DNA of 64,000 bases from an uncultured bacterium (GTDB lineage Bacteria > Verrucomicrobiota > Verrucomicrobiia > Limisphaerales > UBA8199). Positions 56,502 through 64,000 of the stretch are shown here, in pieces; the stretch's first letter is position 1, and every line of letters starts with the position of its first letter. Made by a program: the position numbers and the translations under genes. The stretch spans positions 416,001 through 480,000 of the forward strand of contig CAVVMW010000001.1 of assembly GCA_963749495.1 (NCBI GenBank), given 5' to 3'. Below the pieces are notes generated by a model, which saw only the letters and a list, made by a program, of their open reading frames with translations, was not told the DNA's origin and made no database searches.

Positions 56502-57732
56502 ATGAAGAAGTTTCTTGGCAACCTCATCAACCGGTTCGTGGTGGCCCCCAGTTCGGGGCAGCACTGGGATTTGCTCGATGGCCTGCGCGGGCTGGCGATT
56601 TTGATGGTGGTATTTTGCCACGGGGTGTTTGCCAATCCGCAGGGAGCGGGCTGGATGAACTGGCTGGCCTATCTGGCGTCGGGCGGCCACCTGGGCGTGC
56701 AGGTGTTTTTCGTCTTGTCGGGTTTCCTGATTGCCTACCCGTTCTGCCGGGCCCGGGCCGGGGACACGGCGGCGTGGTATGTGCCGGGCTACGTCACGCG
56801 CCGCCTGCTGAAGATCGTCCCGCCATTCTACCTGACCATCGTGTTGCTGTGCGCGGGCTATTTCTGGCGATACAGGGACATGGACTACGTGACGACGGGC
56901 GCCAAATGGGCGGTGGGCATCCCGCACTTGTTTTACGTGGCGCACCCCTTCAACTGGTCCTTCTGGAGCCTGTGGGCCGAGATCGGCTTTTACGTCCTGC
57001 TGCCCCTGGCCTTCTGGCTGACGCGCGGACGCGGGATGTGGTTTTGCGCCGGGGCCTTTGCCCTGCTGTTGTTTTCCGTTCCGCCGGTGACGCGCGCCTT
57101 GAGCTGGCCGGCGCCAGGACAACCCGGTCACTACATGCTCTATCTGGCCGGGCGATTTCCCAACGCCCTGACCAATTTTTCCTGGGGCGTCCTCTTCGCC
57201 GCCATTTATGCCGCCAACCGGCAGGACCTCGCCCGCTGGAGGCGCTGGGCGCGGCTGGGTTACATCGGGGCCGCGCTGTTGCCGGGCACGTTGTTGCTGT
57301 ACATGGTCCTGGCGCACCGGGCCGGCAACCTGGGCCTGGGCCGGGTGCAGAACGAGTGGATGCTCTTTCTGAGCGGGGTCTCCACGTTCCTGATCGCTCT
57401 TCTTCATGTTCGATCCGGGTTGCGCCGGCAACCGGGTTCTTTCCATGCCCGCTTTGCGCTATATCGGGCTCATCAGTTACGAGTGGTTCCTGCTGCACCA
57501 GCCGGCGCTCTGGGAATACCGCCTCTATATGGGCAGCGCCGGCGGGTCGCTGGCCCGTTACTGCCTGATTGTGTTCGCCCCGATGGTTGCCTCGTTGCTG
57601 GCGGCCAGCGCCATGTACCATTTCTTTTCCGCGCCGATCATCCGGTGGGGGCGGCGCCGACTCGAGGCCTCGCGCCAGCGCGCCCAGCCCGCCGTGCGGG
57701 CGGCCGTCCCGGCCGAGCAGCAGGGACGGTAG
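56502..57732 (+). CDS. Acyltransferase-3 (OafA-like); +1 frameshift near 57395
   Basis: LDGLRGLAIL, GVQVFFVLSGFLI, FWSLWAE; second frame YIGLISYEWFLLHQP. Confidence 0.88.
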
Positions 57733-57962
57733 CAGCGCCGAGGGGACGGGGCGCGTTGGATTGGTGGATTAGTGGATTAGTGGCAGAGCTTTGACGAGAA
57801 CGGGCAACACGACAAACGCTGCCACTCCGTGCGATCGCCCCCTTCCGGCCCCATCAATCCACTAATCCACTAATCCACCAATAATCCATTCTAAAGCGGG
57901 TTGCCTTCGCCCGCGGAGGTAGGATAGACTGGGCGCTGTCTCAGGCGACCGCCGGGTCATCC

Positions 57963-59114
57963 ATGCGCACCGCGTTGCACAGCGAAAAGTATTTTTTTGG
58001 GGCCGACATCCTGCGCGGCGTCGCCATCCTGTTGGTGGTGCTCTACCATTCCTTCGGGCGTCTCTATGGGTTCTACCTCCCGTGGAACGGGTATTGGCGG
58101 GACTTTCACCACCCGCCGAGCCAGGCCTTCATGTTCTGCTACCCGATTTCTTTCGGGTGGGCGGGAGTGGCCCTGTTTTTTGCGCTGAGCGGCTTCTGCA
58201 TCCATACCTCCTTTTTGCGCTCGCCGCGCTTTACGAGCGCCCAATTTTTCTGGCACCGCTTCTGGCGGATCTATCCCGCCTACCTGGTGGCGTTGGCCAG
58301 TCTTGCCTGCCTGGAAGGGCTGGACCTGACCGCTCCCGGGGCAGTCAAGCAGTTGTTGGCGCACGCCCTGCTGGTGCACAATCTCCATGGCGCGTCCCTG
58401 TTCGGGTTCAATCCCTCGTTTTGGAGCATCGCCACCGAGGTGCAGCTTTACCTGCTGTATCCGCTGTTGCTGCTGATGCGCCGCCGTTGGGGCATGGGCG
58501 GCTGCCTGGCGGTCACGTTCGCCGTCGGCCTGGCGGCGCGCGCGCTCGCGGTGGCCCTTTGGGGCCTGCCCGGGCACGTCATCAACACCGCCTTTAGTTG
58601 GCCGTTCATGAGCTGGTTCGATTGGACGCTGGGCGCTTACGTGGCCGAGCGCGCCGCCCAACAGCAGCGGGCCTTTCGCAACCACGCGCTTTGGCTGGCG
58701 GCCCTGGCCCCGGGCTTTGTCGTGAGCACGCTCTTCAAGCCGCTGATGATCTTCAGTTTCTGCCTGGCTGCGGCTGCTTCCGCAGTGGTCCTGGATTCGA
58801 TGGTGCGGCTGCGCTGGCGCAATAACCCGGTCTTGACCAGCCTTGCGTTTGTGGGGCTGGTCAGTTACTCGCTCTATCTGTGGCACCAGCCGTTGTTGGA
58901 GATGCTCCCCAGGTGGTTCGGGCGCCTGGCCCCGCCGTGGGCGGCGGGCCTGGCCAGCGCGGCGGCGATCGCCCTGGTGTCCTGCCTCTCCTACCGGTTG
59001 CTCGAGCGGGAGGGCAGCCGGCTGGGCAAGAGGCTCTGGGACCGCCTGGCCGCCCCGGCCAGGCCAGCCCCTCCCGCCCCGGTGGCCGTGCCGTCCCGCG
59101 ATCCGCCGCGGTGA
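57963..59114 (+). CDS. Acyltransferase-3 (OafA-like)
   Basis: DILRGVAIL, LFFALSGFCI, FWSIATEVQLY, GLVSYSLYLWHQP. Confidence 0.92.
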   Translation: MRTALHSEKYFFGADILRGVAILLVVLYHSFGRLYGFYLPWNGYWRDFHHPPSQAFMFCYPISFGWAGVALFFALSGFCIHTSFLRSPRFTSAQFFWHRFWRIYPAYLVALASLACLEGLDLTAPGAVKQLLAHALLVHNLHGASLFGFNPSFWSIATEVQLYLLYPLLLLMRRRWGMGGCLAVTFAVGLAARALAVALWGLPGHVINTAFSWPFMSWFDWTLGAYVAERAAQQQRAFRNHALWLAALAPGFVVSTLFKPLMIFSFCLAAAASAVVLDSMVRLRWRNNPVLTSLAFVGLVSYSLYLWHQPLLEMLPRWFGRLAPPWAAGLASAAAIALVSCLSYRLLEREGSRLGKRLWDRLAAPARPAPPAPVAVPSRDPPR

Positions 59115-59155
59115 GGTTTCAAGTTTTTCCAGGCCCTCAGGCAAGCCCCAATCTC

Positions 59156-59470
59156 CGGCCCAAAGGGCCGGCAGAACCCAGCCCAAGAAAGGGGGCTCCT
59201 CATGAACCGACACCAAGTCCGAAGGTTTTGGACTGCCGCAGTCCTCTGCCGCCTTCGCGTCGCCAGCGAGGGGACACAAAAGCGGCAGAGGACTGCCGCA
59301 GTCCAAAACGCTACGCGGGACGGGGACGCAACGTCGAGGTTCAGGGGCGCAAAGCGCGAATTCGTTTGGGGGATTCCTTCAGGGCGCCCGGCCTGTTTCC
59401 GTGGGCAAACCCAGGGCATCGGCCTGACGGCCTCAGCCCTGGGCTAGGTTCTAGCGGCCCCTTCGGGCCG
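59156..59470. repeat. Nested palindromic elements containing family A copy 3 (59225-59309)
   Basis: Outer arms CGGCCCAAAGGGCCG-AGAACCCAGCCCA / TGGGCTAGGTTCT-CGGCCCCTTCGGGCCG around the family A doublet. Confidence 0.8.
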
Positions 59471-59475
59471 CCAAG

Positions 59476-60510
59476 TTACTGGCCACCCCCTTCCTCCATT
59501 CCGCGCACCGTCTCAAAGAGCTTATGGGCAATCAGCTCGTTGCCTTGGGCGTTGAAATGGACCGGATCGGCGTCCAGGTAAAGCGCCCTGGGGTTGGGGG
59601 ATGCCGGCGGGTTCACCTCGACTAGCGGAACGCCCAGTTGCCGGCTGACCTGGCGCTGCACCTCCAGAATCGGGGGGGCATTGGTGCCCGCCAGGTCGTC
59701 GAGGATCGGCAGATACAGCAGGACCGGCTTGACGTGGTTGCTGCGGGCCAGTTCGCAAAGGGCCTGCACGTCCGACCGGAAAAGCCTCTCGGGCTGGTCC
59801 TGCTGCTGGGCCTTGGCAACAGTATCGGTGCGCGGATCCACGGGGATGAACTTGAGCCGATACCGTTCGTAGTAGGCCTTGAGCTTGACCTCGACAACGT
59901 AGTGATAGATGGCGAAGCGCCGGAGAAGGTTCTTGAGCCGCACCCGTCTCATGAACTGCTTCACAAAGGCCGGGCTGTTCCGCTCGGTGAACTGCGTCCA
60001 CAAATTGGCTCCGCCCACCACCAGGATGTCCGGGCCCCAGCGCAGTCCGGTTTCGCGCAAGAAGACTCGCATTTGGGAATAGGACCAGGCGTTGACGCCG
60101 GCGTTGATGACCTCGACGCGGTTGGAGCCGCCCGGTTGTTGCTGCAGCAGTTGCTGGAGCCGTTGCGAATAGGTCTCCGCCTCCGTCAGGCCCCAGCCGA
60201 AGGTCCGGGAATCTCCCAGCGATAGAATCCGAAGCGTGCCGGGCGGCTTGGGCACCTGGAACTCCGCCCCCCGCGTCCCGCGGGAGTTGATGCGGACCGG
60301 CTTGTGATCGATTTTCGTATAGCAGTTCTGGTTCGGCTTGAGCCTCCAGTACAAGGCCGGGTCCGGCTCGTAAATCTCCACGTTGCCGTATCCCCTGAGG
60401 CGCAAGAGCGCCTCGAACGCCGCCGCACAGAGCAGGAACACCGCCAGGGAGAGCCCCAGGTTCTGCGCCAATCGTTTCCAACGCGAGGACTTTGGCCGAG
60501 CCGTTTTCAT
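59476..60510 (-). CDS. SGNH/GDSL hydrolase family protein
   Basis: TM; LGDSRTFG; VINAGV; DPVHFN. Confidence 0.9.
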   Translation of the reverse strand: MKTARPKSSRWKRLAQNLGLSLAVFLLCAAAFEALLRLRGYGNVEIYEPDPALYWRLKPNQNCYTKIDHKPVRINSRGTRGAEFQVPKPPGTLRILSLGDSRTFGWGLTEAETYSQRLQQLLQQQPGGSNRVEVINAGVNAWSYSQMRVFLRETGLRWGPDILVVGGANLWTQFTERNSPAFVKQFMRRVRLKNLLRRFAIYHYVVEVKLKAYYERYRLKFIPVDPRTDTVAKAQQQDQPERLFRSDVQALCELARSNHVKPVLLYLPILDDLAGTNAPPILEVQRQVSRQLGVPLVEVNPPASPNPRALYLDADPVHFNAQGNELIAHKLFETVRGMEEGGGQ

Positions 60511-61532
60511 GGTTCTGCCTCATCCTTGGCCGCCCCCTTCAGTTTCCATCCCAGGCGCAAGGCGGCCCGGCCCAGGGGCATGGCCGCCGAGCGCAGGCGG
60601 GCGAGCAGGGCATATCTGGACTTGAAGATCATCAGCGTCGAGACCTCCTGGCCTCCGAACCGGCGCTTGAAGTCCATCGTGCCGGCCAGGTTATAGGTCT
60701 TCATGCCTCGGGCCTTCCAGTAGCGCATCGAGTGCCATTGGAGCAATTCGTTGGGATGGAGGTTTTGGAACTGCTGCCAACTGGCGCCCGCCCAATAGAA
60801 GGCGGCCGGCTCCAGGCCGATAAACACGCCGGTGGCGGCGCACTGCCCGCCAGGGGCGCGGGCGCGCAGCAGCAGCAACCCGCCCGTGGGGGCCAGGTGC
60901 CGGATCAAGGCGCGCACGCGCTCAGCGCCGAAGTGGGGGACCATGCCCTGCTTGGCAAAGACCTCCTTGAACTGAGCGGCGAACTCATCGGCAAAGGCCT
61001 CGTCGTGGGCCTCCTCGACGACGACGCCGTGCTTTTGCGCGCGCCGGATGTCCCGGCGGCGGTAGCTGTTCATATTGTTGAGCAGTGCCTCCTCAGTCAG
61101 GGTCAGGTCGTTGACGATGGTGGCGTGGACCTCATGCTCGAAGCCCAGGCCCTGGATGTCGTCCATCGAGACGTGGGAATCGGTCACCTCCAGGTGGATG
61201 CACCCCAGGTCCTTGAAGGCCAAATGGGAGAGCGCCTCGATGGCGGTGCGCCGCGGCACGTCCGGGCGCAGGTTGAACCCCATGTAGGGCGTGGACCAAC
61301 CGCGAAACGGGCTGCCCAGTATTTTGAAGCCGAACTTGCGGATGAGCAGGCCGCTGAAGTATCCGAGCACCTCGTTCCCGGCCTTGAGCGCAGCCACCAC
61401 GGGTTGCCCGCGCTGGGTCTCGGCCAGGAAGGCGAGGTAAGCCGGGCACTGGTGCGGGATTCGATCCGGGAAGGCGCCCAGGGCCTGTGCCCAGGCGACA
61501 GGGTCGAATCTGATGTGTTCGAAGCGGGCCAT
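60507..61532 (-). CDS. FemAB-like GNAT family acyl/aminoacyl transferase
   Basis: RRDIRRAQKHGV, PNELLQW, FKRRFGG. Confidence 0.8.
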   Translation of the reverse strand: MARFEHIRFDPVAWAQALGAFPDRIPHQCPAYLAFLAETQRGQPVVAALKAGNEVLGYFSGLLIRKFGFKILGSPFRGWSTPYMGFNLRPDVPRRTAIEALSHLAFKDLGCIHLEVTDSHVSMDDIQGLGFEHEVHATIVNDLTLTEEALLNNMNSYRRRDIRRAQKHGVVVEEAHDEAFADEFAAQFKEVFAKQGMVPHFGAERVRALIRHLAPTGGLLLLRARAPGGQCAATGVFIGLEPAAFYWAGASWQQFQNLHPNELLQWHSMRYWKARGMKTYNLAGTMDFKRRFGGQEVSTLMIFKSRYALLARLRSAAMPLGRAALRLGWKLKGAAKDEAEP

Positions 61533-61535
61533 CTC

Positions 61536-62267
61536 TCACGCTCCGCATTGGAACAGGTAAAAGGCCTGCCCCCAGTGGGCGGCCTGCCTGAGTGCCCGGT
61601 AGGACCCGGTCTCGGCAAAAACCGGCGCATAGCTGTCGCGCACGAGCATCCTCTCGGTAAAGATGACGGTCATCGTTTTGTTCAGGCTGCGGGCGCGCCC
61701 CGCCAGGGCATCCAGGACCTGGCGTGTCAACTTCCGGGAGAAGGGCCGGAACATCAGGAGCAGATCGGCCTCGGTCTGTCCGCAGTAGAGCAGGCCGTCC
61801 ATCTGGACGATGTCAATGGGGGCGAGCTTCCTTCGCGAGGGCAGGCGGCAGCGCGCGATGTTCTGGCGGGCGCCCTCGCACAGTTCGGCGGCCAGGTCCA
61901 CGCCGGTGACCTTCTCGAATCCATATTCGGCCGCCAGGATGCAGGCCCGGCCCAGGCCGCAGCCGACATCGACAAAGTGCAGGTTGCGGGGGAATCCGGA
62001 TTTTCTGAGGAACTTGCGGAAACCCCAGCCGTTGATGGGGCCGTACTGCGTGGCGTCGGCCAGCCTGGCGGGGTCAAAGGAGGTGGTGGGCAGGTAGATG
62101 ATCCCGCTGGTCCGAATCCGGTAGCGCCTGTCAAAGCCCTTCACGTATTTCTCGTCCAACGATGCCAGCAGCGTGGAGAGCGTCGCGGCTGGCCCTCCTT
62201 GCCGCAGGAGCTTGAGGAACCGTTGGGATGCCGAGCGGAGGGTGTGATGTCCCAGGAGACGCGACAT
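61536..62267 (-). CDS. Class I SAM-dependent methyltransferase
   Basis: FVDVGCGLGR, GVDLA, MFRPF. Confidence 0.85.
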   Translation of the reverse strand: MSRLLGHHTLRSASQRFLKLLRQGGPAATLSTLLASLDEKYVKGFDRRYRIRTSGIIYLPTTSFDPARLADATQYGPINGWGFRKFLRKSGFPRNLHFVDVGCGLGRACILAAEYGFEKVTGVDLAAELCEGARQNIARCRLPSRRKLAPIDIVQMDGLLYCGQTEADLLLMFRPFSRKLTRQVLDALAGRARSLNKTMTVIFTERMLVRDSYAPVFAETGSYRALRQAAHWGQAFYLFQCGA

Positions 62268-62521
62268 AAAGAGGAAGCCGTGGGATGGGCTATAATGCGC
62301 GGACCCCCCACCCCGGCCTTCTCCCCATCCGATGGGCAGAGGGAGCATGGTTGGTCGCCACGGCTCGTAGGGCAGCCTGCGGATTGCGCAGTAAAACTGC
62401 AGCGTTGCGATGCACGATGGTGCTTTATAGAAGCGGGGAACGATCGGCAATGAAAAAAGCAATAAATGGGTTGCGTTGAGGGGCGCGTTTTGTGCTAATC
62501 TGGGCGCGAAATGACAATGCC

Positions 62522-64000
62522 ATGATCAGTTCCTCGACATTGCTGCACTCGTTGCTCGTGTATGGGGTGTGCCTGCCCCTGGCCGTGTTCCTGGGATACC
62601 TGCTGGCCACACCGCTGGACTTGACGACGTTCATGATGGTTTCGAGCGTCCTGTTCATCCTGATGATCCCGCTGTTCCTGCGCTGGCACCATGTTTGGCT
62701 CATCGCCTCGTGGAACATGAGCGCAGTCCTCTTCTTCCTGCCGGGCCGCCCGCAGGTGTGGATCGGGATGGCCGCCTTGAGCCTGGGCATCTCGATCCTC
62801 CAGTATGCCCTGAGCCGGGAACGGCGGTTTCTGTCGGTGGCCTCGGTGGGCTGGCCGTTGATTTTCCTGGCGGTGGTGGTTGTGGCGACGGCGCGGCTCA
62901 CCGGCAGCTTCGGCCTCCGCGCCTTGGGCGGCGAGATGCAGGGCGGCCGGCGTTATTTCCTGCTCGTGATCGCCGTCGTGGGCTACTTCGCAATGACCGC
63001 GCGCGCCATCCCTCGGGAGCGGGCGGGCCTCTATGTGGCGCTTTTCTTTCTGGGTTACGCGAGCATGGCCGTGGGCAACCTGGCGGGGCTGATCAGCCCA
63101 GCCTTCAACTTCCTGTTCTTCATCTTCCCGGTGGAGGACCTCTCGGCGCTGGTGTCCAACCCGGTGAACGTGAGCAGTACAATCATCATGCGCTCGGGCG
63201 GGCTGAACATGCTGGGGCTGGCGGTCGTTTGCGCGATGCTCGCGCGCTATAATCTGCGCGAGATCTTCACGGCGCGCGCCCCGGCCCGGATGCTGGTGCT
63301 CCTGGCCTTTGCGTTCGTCGGCCTGCTGGGCGGGTTTCGCTCGCTTATGGTCCAGTTGCTGCTCCTGGGCGGCGCGCTCTTCTGGTTGGAGGGCCTGCAC
63401 AAGACGCGCGCCGTGCCGATGCTCATGGTGATGCTGGTCCTGGCCGGGGGCTTTTTGGCCGGCTTTGCCAGGTCCCTCCCGCTCTCGATTCAGCGCACGG
63501 TGGCGTTCTTGCCCGTCGATATTGACCCACGCGTCAAACTGGACGCGCAATTCTCCAATGAATGGCGGCTGACAATGTGGCGGGAGGTCCTCCCGGACGT
63601 GCCGCGCTATATTTTGCTGGGCAAAGGCTACGGGTTCGACGCCAAGGACATGGACATCGCCAGGATGAACGCCCGGTTTGCGGCCTCCGCCGAAGGCAGC
63701 GAAGTGGTGGGCGACTACCACAACGGCCCGTTGTCCGTTATCATCCCCTTCGGGATTTTCGGGGTGCTCTTCTTTTTCTGGTTCATGGCGGCTTCGACAC
63801 GGGTCTTGTACCGAAATTACAAATACGGCGACCCCGACCTCCAGAAGATCAACACCTTCCTGTTTGCCTTCTTCGTTGCCAAGACGCTGTTTTTCATGAC
63901 GATCTTTGGCGCCCTCTACGTTGACCTGGCGATGTTCGCGGGGATTGTCGGGCTGAGCATCAGCCTGAACGGGGGCATGGCCGAACGTCGCGTGGCCGAG
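62522..64000 (+). CDS. O-antigen ligase/polymerase family membrane protein (3' truncated; absent from the ORF track)
   Basis: MISSSTLLHSLLVYGVCLPLAVFLGYLLATP..., many TMs, GFRS, LLGKGY, GDYHNGPLS. Confidence 0.88.
   Translation, partial: MISSSTLLHSLLVYGVCLPLAVFLGYLLATPLDLTTFMMVSSVLFILMIPLFLRWHHVWLIASWNMSAVLFFLPGRPQVWIGMAALSLGISILQYALSRERRFLSVASVGWPLIFLAVVVVATARLTGSFGLRALGGEMQGGRRYFLLVIAVVGYFAMTARAIPRERAGLYVALFFLGYASMAVGNLAGLISPAFNFLFFIFPVEDLSALVSNPVNVSSTIIMRSGGLNMLGLAVVCAMLARYNLREIFTARAPARMLVLLAFAFVGLLGGFRSLMVQLLLLGGALFWLEGLHKTRAVPMLMVMLVLAGGFLAGFARSLPLSIQRTVAFLPVDIDPRVKLDAQFSNEWRLTMWREVLPDVPRYILLGKGYGFDAKDMDIARMNARFAASAEGSEVVGDYHNGPLSVIIPFGIFGVLFFFWFMAASTRVLYRNYKYGDPDLQKINTFLFAFFVAKTLFFMTIFGALYVDLAMFAGIVGLSISLNGGMAERRVAE

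Overview
GC-rich bacterial DNA whose gene repertoire suggests Verrucomicrobiota/PVC (inference from prepilin-type H-X9-DG proteins, ECF sigma/Ser-Thr kinase-WD40 genes and the O-antigen-ligase type). Six blocks. (1) 1-8.4 kb: distal half of a type I-G (I-U) CRISPR-Cas locus, with a Cas3 C-terminus reading in frame into a Cas8g2-like domain, a DUF6429-like gene, cas4-cas1, cas2, leader and 48 repeats of 36 bp. (2) 8.5-21.8 kb: a His-motif-rich putative metal ABC system, a GH38-like hydrolase, a prepilin-like protein, a Phd/RelE TA pair and a large secreted protein. (3) 21.8-42.9 kb: a mosaic of truncated and internally deleted genes, two kinase-WD40 genes (one with 14 near-identical repeats varying at a few fixed positions), a low-GC island and a two-ORF DDE transposon with an A8 slippery site. 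(4) 42.9-46.3 kb: housekeeping coaD-yceD-rpmF-plsX-fabH. (5) 46.4-51.8 kb: FecR-like, VIT-VWA and terpene-cyclase-fold genes. (6) 52-64 kb: a surface-polysaccharide acylation/methylation cluster. Intergenic DNA is rich in REP-like palindromes and inverted pairs of 7-15 nt tandem repeats. About eight single-base +1 frameshifts, one in coaD, are most likely sequencing errors. All family calls are from motif recognition by eye; no database search was run.
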